From Candidatus Limnocylindria bacterium (lineage in GTDB: Bacteria > Chloroflexota > Limnocylindria > P2-11E): 64,000 nucleotides of DNA. The stretch's first letter is position 1; the number at the start of each line of letters is the position of its first letter. Positions 45,959 to 55,537 of the stretch are shown piece after piece. Where the stretch lies: contig JBBQZK010000005.1 of assembly GCA_038207785.1 (NCBI GenBank), positions 318 through 64,317 of the forward strand, given 5' to 3'. The notes under the pieces were generated by a model. It was given only the letters and a program-made list of their open reading frames with translations. It was not told the DNA's origin and did not search any database. Made by a program: the position numbers and the translations under genes.

Positions 45959-47176
45959 ATGAGACCCATGCGGTTCGCCAGCGAGATCGGCTGGCTGCTT
46001 CAGACCGGACTCATCGTGTTCATCGCGACGCCCACGATCGGCATCCTCAACGGGACCAAGGTCTTCGGCGTGCTCAGCAGCGACGTCATCCTCACGCACG
46101 TGCATTCGGGAACCCTCGGCTGGATCACCCTCGGCGCGATGGCGATGGTCCTCTGGCTGTTCGGACCGGCTGTCCCCGCGTCAAAGGACCGCAACACCCG
46201 CACGCTCGCGCTCCTATCGGCCGGTGCGATCCCGCTGTACGTGCTCGCGTTCTTCAGTGGCAACCTGCCGGCCCGCGCCATCACGGGCACGCTGCTGCTC
46301 CTGGTCATCCTCATGTGGGCCGTCTTCGCGATCGGCGCTGCGTCCGGCGTCGGCTGGAAGAACCTCAGCGTCGCGCAGCTCGCAGCGGTGCTCTCACTCG
46401 TGTCGCTCGTCATCGGCTCGACGCTCGGCGTGCTCATCCAGATCCAGCTCGCGACCGGCGCGATCTTCGCCAATGACGCGACCGGCGCGCACGCCACCGC
46501 GCAGGTGAGCGGCGACCTCGTGCTCATGTCGGTCGGGCTCATCGACTGGCGGATCCTCGGCGAGCGATCGCGCCGCACGGTCGCGGCAAACATCATGATC
46601 GGCGCGCTCTTCCTTGGCGGTCTCTGCGTCGCCGGCGGGCTGCTGCTGGGCCTGCTGCCGCTCACCGGACTGGCCACGCCGCTCGAGATCCTCGCCGTGG
46701 TCATCCTGATCGTGCGGGTCGGTCCATCCGCGCTGCGGACGCCCTTCGGCGCCGGGAGCGCCCGATTCTTCGCCATCGCCGTCCCGTTCCTCGTCACGAA
46801 CATCGTCTTGACGGTCTACCTGATCGTCACGATCGTGAGCTCGGGCAAGCCCTTCGACCAGATCGACATCCCGTTCAACCTGATCATCGCCCTCGACCAC
46901 GCGATCTTCGTTGGCGCGATGACCAACATCCTGTTCGGCGTGCTGTCGCAGCTGACGGCCGACCGCGCGCGGGTATGGCCGTGGGCCGACCAGGTCGTCT
47001 TCTGGTTCCTCAACGTCGGCGTCGCTGCCTTCATCGTCGTGCTGCTGCTGAAAGCGACCGAGCTCGAGCGGTTCACCGCGCCGGCAATGGGCCTCGCGGT
47101 GTATCTCGGCATCGCGGCGTTCACGCTCCGGCTGCGGACGCGACCGGAGCCACAGGCAGCGGCTATGCCCGCGTAA
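45959..47176 (+). CDS. Polytopic membrane protein of unknown function (about 12 TM)
   Basis: Hydrophobic pattern with His-bearing helices (THVH..GW, GAHA, LDHA). Confidence 0.75.
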   Translation: MRPMRFASEIGWLLQTGLIVFIATPTIGILNGTKVFGVLSSDVILTHVHSGTLGWITLGAMAMVLWLFGPAVPASKDRNTRTLALLSAGAIPLYVLAFFSGNLPARAITGTLLLLVILMWAVFAIGAASGVGWKNLSVAQLAAVLSLVSLVIGSTLGVLIQIQLATGAIFANDATGAHATAQVSGDLVLMSVGLIDWRILGERSRRTVAANIMIGALFLGGLCVAGGLLLGLLPLTGLATPLEILAVVILIVRVGPSALRTPFGAGSARFFAIAVPFLVTNIVLTVYLIVTIVSSGKPFDQIDIPFNLIIALDHAIFVGAMTNILFGVLSQLTADRARVWPWADQVVFWFLNVGVAAFIVVLLLKATELERFTAPAMGLAVYLGIAAFTLRLRTRPEPQAAAMPA

Positions 47177-47185
47177 CGATGGCCC

Positions 47186-47216
47186 GCGGACGGCCGGAGC
47201 GGGTCCGGCCGTCCGC
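47186..47216 (+). terminator. 13-bp perfect hairpin after the membrane-protein gene
   Basis: GCGGACGGCCGGA/TCCGGCCGTCCGC followed by TATACTTT. Confidence 0.6.
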
Positions 47217-47260
47217 TATACTTTGGCTACGTCGTGTCGGGCGGACACGGCGATTTTTTC
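47217..47260 (+). promoter_or_regulatory. rplU -10 box (TATACT) and a terminator-like leader hairpin
   Basis: CGTCGTGTC-GGGCG-GACACGGCG then ATTTTTT, upstream of the GTG at 47281. Confidence 0.5.
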
Positions 47261-47280
47261 TGCAACGGATGGTCCTGACC

Positions 47281-47580
47281 GTGTACGCAGTCGTCCGCAC
47301 CGGTGGCAAGCAATACCGCGTCGAAGAGGGAGCGATCCTGACCGTGGCGACCCTCGAGGGTGAGCCCGGGAAGGAAGTCACCTTCGGCGACGTTCTGCTC
47401 CTGGCGGACGGCGACAGCGTCAAGGACGCGGGGTCGGCCAAGGTCACCGGCGAGATCGTGGCGCATGGGAAGGGCGAGAAGATCATCGTGTTCCGTTACA
47501 AGAACAAGACCCGCTCCCGTAAGCGCACCGGACACCGCTCCAAGACGACGACCATCCGCATCACGAAGATCGAGGCATAA
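47281..47580 (+). CDS. rplU: 50S ribosomal protein L21
   Basis: YAVVRTGGKQYRV, KIIVFRYKNK, GHRS..T.I.I.KI. Confidence 0.96.
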   Translation: MYAVVRTGGKQYRVEEGAILTVATLEGEPGKEVTFGDVLLLADGDSVKDAGSAKVTGEIVAHGKGEKIIVFRYKNKTRSRKRTGHRSKTTTIRITKIEA

Positions 47581-47583
47581 GCG

Positions 47584-47844
47584 ATGGCACACAAAAAAGG
47601 CGGCGGCTCGACCCGCAACGGACGCGACTCTGCCGGGCAGCGGCTCGGCGTGAAGGAGTACGCGGGGAGCGTCGTCGACGCTGGCGCGGTCCTCGTGCGC
47701 CAGCGCGGCACCAAGCTGATCGCCGGCGAGAACGTCGGTATCGGCAAGGACCACACCCTGTTCGCGCTCGTCGCGGGCACGGTCAAATACAGCCCGGCCC
47801 GGGACGATCGCCGCAAGGTGAACGTCACACCGGACGCGAACTAG
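47584..47844 (+). CDS. rpmA: 50S ribosomal protein L27
   Basis: [31 protein letters not shown]. Confidence 0.98.
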   Translation: MAHKKGGGSTRNGRDSAGQRLGVKEYAGSVVDAGAVLVRQRGTKLIAGENVGIGKDHTLFALVAGTVKYSPARDDRRKVNVTPDAN

Positions 47845-47860
47845 CTAAGGAGACCCGGCG

Positions 47861-48115
47861 ATGAAAGCGAAGATCCACCCCCAGTACGTCGAGGCCACGG
47901 TGACGTGTGCCTGCGGCAATCAGTTCAAGACGGTCAGCATGAAGCCGGACCTCCACGTCGAGGTCTGCGCGAAGTGCCACCCGTTCTTCACCGGCAAGCA
48001 GCACCTCATGGACATCCAGGGCCGAGTTGAGCGCTTCAACAAGCGCTACGGCCAGGGGAAGGCGGAGCAGCCGGCCGCGTCCGAGGCCGCGTCCGAGGCC
48101 GCTCCCACGCGTTAG
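47861..48115 (+). CDS. rpmE: 50S ribosomal protein L31 (zinc-binding type)
   Basis: [30 protein letters not shown]. Confidence 0.97.
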   Translation: MKAKIHPQYVEATVTCACGNQFKTVSMKPDLHVEVCAKCHPFFTGKQHLMDIQGRVERFNKRYGQGKAEQPAASEAASEAAPTR

Positions 48116-48122
48116 CGCCCGT

Positions 48123-48716
48123 CTGGGCTCCGGCCACCACGCCGGTGGCCTCGAGGTCGTCGTCGGCAGCATGTTCAGCGGCAAGAGCGAAGAGCTCATC
48201 CGGCGCGTGAAGCGTGCCGTGATCGCGCGCCGCACGGTCCAGGTCTTCAAGCCGATCGTCGATGATCGGTTCGGCACGGAGGTCGTGCGATCGCACGACG
48301 GCGGCTCGTTCCTCGCCCGACCGGTACGGACGAGCGCGGAGATCCTCACGCTGCTCTCGCCGGACGCGAGCGTCGTCGGCGTCGACGAGGTCCAGTTCTT
48401 CGACCTCGGGATCGTGGACGTGGTCCGCGCGCTCGTGGCGGACGGCCGCCGGGTCATCTGCGCTGGTCTCGACCTCGACTTCCGCGGCGAGCCGTTCGGA
48501 CCCGTGCCCACGCTCCTGGCGCTCGCCGAGCGCGTCGACAAGCTCGAGGCCATCTGCGTCGTGTGCGGCGAGTCCGCGACGCGCACGCAGCGCATCGTGA
48601 ACGGCGTGCCCGCGGACTTCGACGACCCGATCATCGTCATCGGCGCCCAGGAGGCATACGAGGCGCGCTGCAGGACATGTCACACGGTCCCGCGCCGTGC
48701 GGCGGCACGCGCATGA
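48123..48716 (+). CDS. tdk: Thymidine kinase; start unresolved (CTG at 48123 proposed)
   Basis: [48 protein letters not shown]. Confidence 0.92.
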   Translation: MGSGHHAGGLEVVVGSMFSGKSEELIRRVKRAVIARRTVQVFKPIVDDRFGTEVVRSHDGGSFLARPVRTSAEILTLLSPDASVVGVDEVQFFDLGIVDVVRALVADGRRVICAGLDLDFRGEPFGPVPTLLALAERVDKLEAICVVCGESATRTQRIVNGVPADFDDPIIVIGAQEAYEARCRTCHTVPRRAAARA

Positions 48717-49591
48717 GCGTCCGCCCCACGACATACGGCGGCCAGGCGGTCATCGAGGGCGTGATGATCCGCGGCCGGCGCACGATCGCGCTCGCGTGCC
48801 GGAAGCCCGATGGCGGCATCTACCGCTACCGCGAGGCGCTCGACTCTCCGATGCTGACCTCGCCGGTCGCGCGCGCGCCGTTCGTGCGCGGCGTGCTCGT
48901 GCTGTGGGAATCGTTGCGCTACGGCATGCGGATGCTCATGCGCTCCGCCGACGTGCAGCTCGCCGCCGAGGATGAACAGCTCAAGACCGGCGGCTCGTCG
49001 GCATTCATGGCCGGAGGGCTCGTCGTCGCGCTCGTCCTCTTCATCGGCATCCCATACATCGCGACCGGCCTCTTGCGCGGCGCCATCCCGTCGACCCTCT
49101 GGCTGAATATCGCGGAGGGCATCCTCCGCCTCGGCCTCCTGCTCGGGTACCTTGGCGCGATCTCATTCCTTCCGGACATCCGGCGGGTCTTCGCGTATCA
49201 CGGCGCCGAGCACATGACGATCCACGCCTTCGAGCACGGCGATCCGCTGGACGCCGCGCACGTCGCGCCGTATCCGACGGCGCATCCGCGATGCGGGACG
49301 GCGTTCCTGCTGTTCGTCGTCGTCATCGCGATCGCGGTGTTCGCCTTCGTGCCCCGGGTCAATCTCGTCGTGGACCTGCTGGTACGGCTCCTTCTGATCA
49401 TTCCGGTCGCGTCGATCTCGTACGAGGTCTTGCGCTTTGGTGCGGGTCACGAGGACCATCCGCTCATGCGCCTCGCGGTCGCGCCAGGCCTGCTCCTCCA
49501 AGCCATCACGACACGGCGTCCGGACGAGCCGATGATCGAGATCGCGATCGCCTCGCTCGAGGAAGCGATCGCCGGGGACGCCGCCGCTTGA
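48713..49591 (+). CDS. DUF1385 family membrane protein
   Basis: [38 protein letters not shown]. Confidence 0.88.
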   Translation: MSVRPTTYGGQAVIEGVMIRGRRTIALACRKPDGGIYRYREALDSPMLTSPVARAPFVRGVLVLWESLRYGMRMLMRSADVQLAAEDEQLKTGGSSAFMAGGLVVALVLFIGIPYIATGLLRGAIPSTLWLNIAEGILRLGLLLGYLGAISFLPDIRRVFAYHGAEHMTIHAFEHGDPLDAAHVAPYPTAHPRCGTAFLLFVVVIAIAVFAFVPRVNLVVDLLVRLLLIIPVASISYEVLRFGAGHEDHPLMRLAVAPGLLLQAITTRRPDEPMIEIAIASLEEAIAGDAAA

Positions 49592-50685
49592 CGGAGCTGT
49601 CTCCGAAGCTGCGCGGCCGCCTGCAGCAGATCGAATCACGGCACGAGGAGCTTGGGCGATCGATGAGCGACCCGGCGGTGACGGGCGACCGCGACAGGCT
49701 GCGCGCGGCGGGTCAGGAGTACGCGCAGCTCGAGGCGATCGTCGACACGATCCGCCGGCTTCGCGACGCCGAGCAGCGCGTCCGGGAGGCGCGCGAGCTG
49801 CAGCTCGGCGACGATGCGGACCTTCGCGACCTCGCCCGGGAGGAGGAAGGGACGGCGTCCCTCGAGACGGACCGGCTCACCGAGAAGCTGCGGACGCAGC
49901 TCATCCCGCGCGACCCGTTGGACGAGAAGAACGTCATCGTCGAGATCCGGGCCGGCGAGGGTGGCGAAGAGGCGGCGCTCTTCGCGGGCGAGCTCTACAA
50001 GATGTACCTGCGCTACGCCGAGCGGCATCGCTGGAAGGCCGAGGAGCTGTCGGCGAGCCGGTCCGAAAAGGGTGGCTACAAGGAAGTGATCTTCCGGATC
50101 GCGGGGCAGGGGGCGTACAGCCGGCTCAAGTTCGAATCGGGCGTGCACCGGGTGCAGCGCGTACCCGCGACCGAGGCCCAGGGCCGGATCCATACGTCCA
50201 CAGCGACGGTCGCCGTCCTGCCCGAGGCAGAGGAGGTCGACCTGCAGATCTCGGACGACGATCTGAAGATCGACGTGTATCGCGCCGGCGGTAAGGGTGG
50301 CCAGGGCGTCAACACGACCGACTCGGCGGTCCGCATCACGCACCTGCCTACGGGTGAGGTCGTCATCCAGCAGGACGAGCGGTCCCAGCTCAAGAACCGT
50401 GCGAAGGCCATGACCGTTCTGCGCGCCCGGCTGCTCGCTCGTGCGCAGGAAGAGAAAGATGCGAAGGCTGGCGCGCTGCGCAACGCGCAGATCGGCCGCG
50501 GCGAGCGCTCGGAGAAGATGCGCACCTATAACTTCCCGCAGGACCGTCTCACCGACAAGCGGCTCGGCCACAATCTCTCGAACCTGCCGCGCCGGATGGA
50601 CGGAGAGCTCGATGACCTGGTCGAAGCGCTCATGCAGGCCGACGAGGCCGACCGCCTGGCGTCGCTCGAGGAGGGTGAGGAATGA
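49588..50685 (+). CDS. prfA: Peptide chain release factor 1
   Basis: EIRAGEGGEEAALFA, SGVHRVQRVPAT, GGKGGQGVNTTDSAVR, RTYNFPQ.R. Confidence 0.97.
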   Translation: MTELSPKLRGRLQQIESRHEELGRSMSDPAVTGDRDRLRAAGQEYAQLEAIVDTIRRLRDAEQRVREARELQLGDDADLRDLAREEEGTASLETDRLTEKLRTQLIPRDPLDEKNVIVEIRAGEGGEEAALFAGELYKMYLRYAERHRWKAEELSASRSEKGGYKEVIFRIAGQGAYSRLKFESGVHRVQRVPATEAQGRIHTSTATVAVLPEAEEVDLQISDDDLKIDVYRAGGKGGQGVNTTDSAVRITHLPTGEVVIQQDERSQLKNRAKAMTVLRARLLARAQEEKDAKAGALRNAQIGRGERSEKMRTYNFPQDRLTDKRLGHNLSNLPRRMDGELDDLVEALMQADEADRLASLEEGEE

Positions 50686-51152
50686 AGACCGACGACCTGC
50701 GGTACGACGAGGACACCGCGTTCACCCTTGCCGACGACGCCGCGACGATCTCCGCGATCGTGCGGCGTACGCCCGACGAGCAGCTCCGCTCGGTGCGGAT
50801 CGGTGAGTGGACGGCGAAAGAGGTCATCGGCCACATCGCCGACATGGCGGACGTGTTCGCGGAGCGCGTGCGGCGGTGCGCCGCACTGGACCGGCCCGCC
50901 CTCGCGAGCGTCGATCAGGACGCGATCAACGCGGAGCGAAAGAACAATGACGCCGACCCGATGACGCTCTCGAAGCGCCTACAGGCCGCCCACGGAGAGA
51001 TCGTCGGCCTTCTGCAGCAGCCTGGAGTCCGCGACCGGCTCGGGATCCACGCGGAGCGCGGACCGGTCAGCGCCGGCTGGCTCGGCGCGTACCAGTCGCG
51101 CCATGCCCACGAACACGTCACGGAGCTCCAGCCGCACTTCCCGCCGCGCTAG
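50682..51152 (+). CDS. DinB/YfiT-like protein
   Basis: W..KEVIGHIAD, C-terminal H.HEH. Confidence 0.75.
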   Translation: MKTDDLRYDEDTAFTLADDAATISAIVRRTPDEQLRSVRIGEWTAKEVIGHIADMADVFAERVRRCAALDRPALASVDQDAINAERKNNDADPMTLSKRLQAAHGEIVGLLQQPGVRDRLGIHAERGPVSAGWLGAYQSRHAHEHVTELQPHFPPR

Positions 51153-51198
51153 AACGCCAGGAGCCGCACCAGCTCAAGTCGTAGCCTTGGCGTAGAAC

Positions 51199-52716
51199 TT
51201 GGGTATGCCCACTGTGCGAGACCGGGCCCTGGCGCCGCTCTCTCGGGCCGAAGCCGAGCGCCTCCTGCCGACGCTGAGCGTGGGGAGGCAATCCCTCGAG
51301 CGGCGGATCCTCCGGGCGCGCTGCCTGCGGTACGTCGAGTCCTTCGACGTCGCCTGGGCGGAGCTCGGCGCACTGCACACGCAGACGAAGGATCCCCTCC
51401 TGGCCGCGCGCATCGCGGTGGACCTCGTCCATCTCGCGTACTACCTCGTGCGCGGGGACGAGGTCCCGCGACTCGCCCGACAGGCCGAACGACAGGCCGC
51501 GACGGAGCCGTTGATGCTCGCCGAGCTGCGGCTCGGCACATCGGTCAACCACACAGCCGCGAACGACGTCACCCACGCCCTCACGGACGCGCGATGGGCG
51601 GAGGACGCGCTCGCGGCTGCGCCCGCCGGGCGCTCGAGGGACCTGGTCGTCGCCCGGGTGCAGCGACAGCTCGCGCATCTGCTCTCGCACACCGGCGACT
51701 ACATGGGCGCAGCCTCCGCTGCGGACGCCACCGCGCGGGCGGCCGCGAAGCTCGCGGACCCGTGGGAGGCCGCGTGGGCGATGTATACGAACGGGTTCGC
51801 CCACTGGTACGCCGGCAAGAACGATCCCGCGGTCGATGCATTCACCCGCGCCGAGGAGGGCCTCCGCGTGTACGGCACGTCGGCGTGGCGGTACACGCTG
51901 CTGTGCCTCGCTCGCGCGCGCATGGAGCGCGGTGAGATCGCGACCGGCGATCGCCTCGGCCGGCAGAGCGGTGCCGGCGCTCCGGAGGATCTCGCGCATA
52001 TCGCGCTCCTGCGAGGCGAGGCCGAGGTCGCCGAGCGGATCCTCGGGCGCGCACCGAAGGGGTATCCGGCCGACGAGCACTTCCGTGACTTCGCGCGCGG
52101 GATCGTGAAGGGCAAGCGTGGTGACCCGCGCGGGGCGGTACGGCTGCTCGATGACGTGGCCAAGGAGTTCGAGTCGCGGGGGATGGGCCATTGGTCGCTG
52201 GGCGCAGCGGTGCATGCGGCCTTCAATCGCGAGGCGCTCGTGCGTGGCGGGGGCACGGCGCGCGCGGTCCAGCTCGTCCGAGACATCGCGGTCCGCGGTG
52301 GCGAGGGCTTCGCGTACTACCTGCCGGATGTCGCCTCGTGGCTCGGCCGGTCGGCGGAGCGCGATCCGGACGCGCAACAGCTTGCCCGCGTTCTCGTCGC
52401 GCGTGGCGATCTCGCGGTGCGGCGCGCGAAGAGCGACTCGGCGTCGGCGGTGGCGGCATCCGCATTGGACGAAGCGACCTTCTACCTGCGCGCGGTGGGC
52501 TTGACGTGGCGCGAGATCGGCGTGCTCCACGAGATGGAGAAGCTGCAGACCGCCGGTGCGCGCGTCGAGCGTGCCGAGCTCGCGAAGGCCCTCGAGCTCT
52601 CGCCCGAGACGCTGCGCGTTCACATCACTCGGATCCGCGCGAAGCTCGACGTACGCGACCGGCGCGGCGATTCCGTCCTGCTCGAGGCCGCGCTGGCGAG
52701 GCGGCCGATGGTCTAG
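51199..52716 (+). CDS. TPR-like helical repeats plus a C-terminal LuxR-like HTH; putative regulator (start 51199 or 51205)
   Basis: Ala-rich helical repeats, LTWRE, ELAKALELSPETLRVHITRIRAKL. Confidence 0.65.
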   Translation: MGMPTVRDRALAPLSRAEAERLLPTLSVGRQSLERRILRARCLRYVESFDVAWAELGALHTQTKDPLLAARIAVDLVHLAYYLVRGDEVPRLARQAERQAATEPLMLAELRLGTSVNHTAANDVTHALTDARWAEDALAAAPAGRSRDLVVARVQRQLAHLLSHTGDYMGAASAADATARAAAKLADPWEAAWAMYTNGFAHWYAGKNDPAVDAFTRAEEGLRVYGTSAWRYTLLCLARARMERGEIATGDRLGRQSGAGAPEDLAHIALLRGEAEVAERILGRAPKGYPADEHFRDFARGIVKGKRGDPRGAVRLLDDVAKEFESRGMGHWSLGAAVHAAFNREALVRGGGTARAVQLVRDIAVRGGEGFAYYLPDVASWLGRSAERDPDAQQLARVLVARGDLAVRRAKSDSASAVAASALDEATFYLRAVGLTWREIGVLHEMEKLQTAGARVERAELAKALELSPETLRVHITRIRAKLDVRDRRGDSVLLEAALARRPMV

Positions 52717-53357
52717 GGAACGAGGGTGAGCACGCGTTCGAGCCCGCGCGGCTGTCCGGGTCCGACCCGTGGCAGCAGGAGCACCACACACCCTGCCGCG
52801 ACGGCGCCGCCATCGACGGGGTGATCCCCCACGACGAGCGTTTCGCTCGGGTCGGTGCCCATCGCCGTGCACGCCGCCGCGAAGATGCGCGCGTCCGGCT
52901 TCTCCATGCGGTGCTCGTACGAATGCGTGTACCCATCGATGAGGTCGGCCCAGCCCCGTGCGACGAAGACCGGCCGGAGATCCTCGGCCACGTTGCTCAC
53001 CACCCCGATCCGTGACCCGCGCGCGCGTAGCGCCCGAAGGACCGGCTCGGTGTCCGGATACGGAGACCACTTCTGGTGATCCATCACGCGCTCGTACAGC
53101 ACCTTCGACAGGCCCGGCTGGTGCACATCGGCTTGCTCGAAGAGGGCGGTCCAGCCTGACCGATGCGCCTCCGGCGAGAGATCTCGCTGCACGGCGATGG
53201 CCTCGGGCGTCTTTGAGTCGCGCCAGATCTTGTCCCAGAGGTCACGCGCGATCTGGGGCGCCACGCCGGCCTCCGCGATGACCGCTGCTCCGTCGGGGCT
53301 GTGGAACAGCGTGTCGCCGAAGTCGAAGCACACGCCCTTGATGCGCGGTGGGCTCAC
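52713..53357 (-). CDS. HAD-superfamily hydrolase
   Basis: FDFGDTL, VVSN, KPD..IF, VGD...DGGA. GTGA-coupled. Confidence 0.88.
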   Translation of the reverse strand: MSPPRIKGVCFDFGDTLFHSPDGAAVIAEAGVAPQIARDLWDKIWRDSKTPEAIAVQRDLSPEAHRSGWTALFEQADVHQPGLSKVLYERVMDHQKWSPYPDTEPVLRALRARGSRIGVVSNVAEDLRPVFVARGWADLIDGYTHSYEHRMEKPDARIFAAACTAMGTDPSETLVVGDHPVDGGAVAAGCVVLLLPRVGPGQPRGLERVLTLVP

Positions 53358-54850
53358 GTGAGCTCGACCGTCTCGCGCCACGCGGGCACCTTCGTCGCGA
53401 ACCCCAGGGCCTTCACCTTGGGCTCGAACGCGGTCTGTGCCGCCGGATCCCCGTGCACGATGAAGGTGAGCTTCGGCGCGACGCTGAAGTTCTTGAGCCA
53501 CGCCAGGAGCTCCGGCTCGTCCGCATGCGCGGAGAACCCGCTGATCGACCGCACCTGGCAGGCGACGTCGAGGTTCTGCCCGTCGATGCGGACCTGCTTC
53601 GCGCCCTGCTGCAGCTGCGCGCCAAGTGTGCCGACGCCCTGGTAGCCGACGAAGAGGAGGGTCATCCCCGGATCGCCGATGAAGGCCTTGACGTGCTGCA
53701 CGATGCGGCCACCGGTGATCATCCCGTTCGACGCGACGACCATGAACGGCCGGGCACCGCTCTGGTCGAGCGCAACGGATGCGTTCGCGTCCTTCACCAT
53801 GACCGCGTCGGGGTAGTCGAGCGGCGCCTCGGACTTCGCGAGGAGCGCCTTCGCGCCGTCGTCGAAGTACTCGGCGTACTTCCGATAGATGTCCGTCGCG
53901 CTGCTCGCCATCGGCGAGTCGAGATAGAGGGGCAGGTGCGGGATCGTGCCCGCGGCCAGCAGCCGGTCGAGCTCGTAGACGATCTCCTGGGTCCGGCCGA
54001 TCGCGAACGACGGCATGAGCAGGACGCCCTTCGCGCCGTTGGCGGAGGTGACGGCCTCGCCAAGCAGGCGGATCGCTTCCTCCTCGGGCTCGTGGGTGCG
54101 GCCACCGTACGTCGACTCGACGAGGAGGTAGTCGCCCTCGCGCACCGGTGTCGGATCGCGGATGATCGGCGTGTTCGGCCGTCCCAGGTCGCCGCTGAAC
54201 ACGATCGTGCGGTCGCCGCTGTTGTCTCGGGCGCGGACCCGGATGATCGCCGACCCGAGGATGTGGCCCGCGTCGAGGTACGTCGCCGTGACCCCGGGCG
54301 CGATCTCCGTCTCGGCGCCGTACTCGATCCCCTTGCACTGCGCGAGCGCCCCGTTCGCATGCACGCTCGTGTACAGCGGCTCGCGCAGGTACGTGAGCGC
54401 CTCAGGCGTCGCCTCACGCGTCGCGACCTCGGCATCCTCGTCGGTCGCCGCCGCGAGCTCGGCGGCCGCGGCGCGGTCCTCGACCGCCGCCCGGTCGGGG
54501 AACTTGCGGGCGAACCGCTGATGCTTCGCCGCGAACTCTTCCTGTAGCTTCGCCGAATCGAGGAGCACGAGGCGGGTGAGCTCGACCGTCCCCCGCGTCG
54601 CGTAGATCGGGCCACGGAACCCGAGCGCGGTCACGTGCGGGATCAGCCCGCAGTGATCGAGGTGCGCGTGCGTGAGGAGGATCGCGTCGATCTTCGTCGG
54701 GTCATACGCGAGCGACACGCGATTGCGCAGCACGTCGTGCGGGCTGCCCTGGAACATGCCGCAGTCGACCAGCACGCGCGCCCGATCGGTCTCCAGGAGG
54801 TACTGCGACCCGGTGACCGTCCGGGCCGCGCCCAGGAAATGCAGCCGCAT
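53354..54850 (-). CDS. MBL/beta-CASP ribonuclease (YSH1-like)
   Basis: FLGAA..VTGS, LTHAHLDHCG, AGHILGS, FSGDLG, ESTYG, FSAHAD, VHGD. Confidence 0.9.
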   Translation of the reverse strand: MRLHFLGAARTVTGSQYLLETDRARVLVDCGMFQGSPHDVLRNRVSLAYDPTKIDAILLTHAHLDHCGLIPHVTALGFRGPIYATRGTVELTRLVLLDSAKLQEEFAAKHQRFARKFPDRAAVEDRAAAAELAAATDEDAEVATREATPEALTYLREPLYTSVHANGALAQCKGIEYGAETEIAPGVTATYLDAGHILGSAIIRVRARDNSGDRTIVFSGDLGRPNTPIIRDPTPVREGDYLLVESTYGGRTHEPEEEAIRLLGEAVTSANGAKGVLLMPSFAIGRTQEIVYELDRLLAAGTIPHLPLYLDSPMASSATDIYRKYAEYFDDGAKALLAKSEAPLDYPDAVMVKDANASVALDQSGARPFMVVASNGMITGGRIVQHVKAFIGDPGMTLLFVGYQGVGTLGAQLQQGAKQVRIDGQNLDVACQVRSISGFSAHADEPELLAWLKNFSVAPKLTFIVHGDPAAQTAFEPKVKALGFATKVPAWRETVELT

Positions 54851-54885
54851 CGGCCAATGATGCCGCGCTAGCATCACGCGCGCAG

Positions 54886-55428
54886 ATGTATGGTCCCGTG
54901 CTGGTGGGCACGAAGGTGACCCTTCGCCCACCGGACGACTCCGACGCGGCCCGGTTCCTCGAGTGGTTCGGCGACCTCGAGGTGACGCGTTACCTGCTGC
55001 GCCGCTTCGCCGTCGGGCAGCTGCAGGAGGAGGGATTCCTCAAGAAGATCGGCGAATCGGCGACCGATGTGTTCTGGATGCTCGAGGCCGACGGAAGGCC
55101 GATCGGCGGGACGGGTATCCACCAGATCGACTGGCTCCACGCGCACGGGACGACCGGGATCGTGATCGGCGTGAAGTCGGAGTGGGGAAAGGGCCGCGCA
55201 TCGGAGGCGATGGCGCTTCGGACGGACTACGCGTTCCGTCAGCTCAACCTGCACAAGCTGATGTCCGGCGCATTCATGGAGAACGAGCCGAGCCGGCGCG
55301 CCCTCATGAGATCGGGGTATCGCGAGGTCGGCATCGAGCGCCAGCATTTCTTCCGGGAAGGGCGCTGGCACGACCACTGGGTCGGCGAGGTGCTTCGTGC
55401 CGACTGGGAGCGCAGCCGGGCCGTCTGA
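54886..55428 (+). CDS. RimJ/RimL-type GNAT acetyltransferase
   Basis: IG..GIHQIDW, WGKG.ASEA, N..S.R.L...GY..G..R. Confidence 0.88.
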   Translation: MYGPVLVGTKVTLRPPDDSDAARFLEWFGDLEVTRYLLRRFAVGQLQEEGFLKKIGESATDVFWMLEADGRPIGGTGIHQIDWLHAHGTTGIVIGVKSEWGKGRASEAMALRTDYAFRQLNLHKLMSGAFMENEPSRRALMRSGYREVGIERQHFFREGRWHDHWVGEVLRADWERSRAV

Positions 55429-55537
55429 GCCACGCCCTTCGTCAACGTTGATTAACCGGTCTGGCCCTTTCGTCCTGGCCCGGTCGGCCTGCCCGGTCAT
55501 CTACCCGGACGGCGGTCGACCATCGACCATCGACCGC

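Noticed and set aside
48073-48102. 12-nt repeat in the rpmE tail (AASE twice)
   Set aside because: An ordinary low-complexity C-terminal extension.
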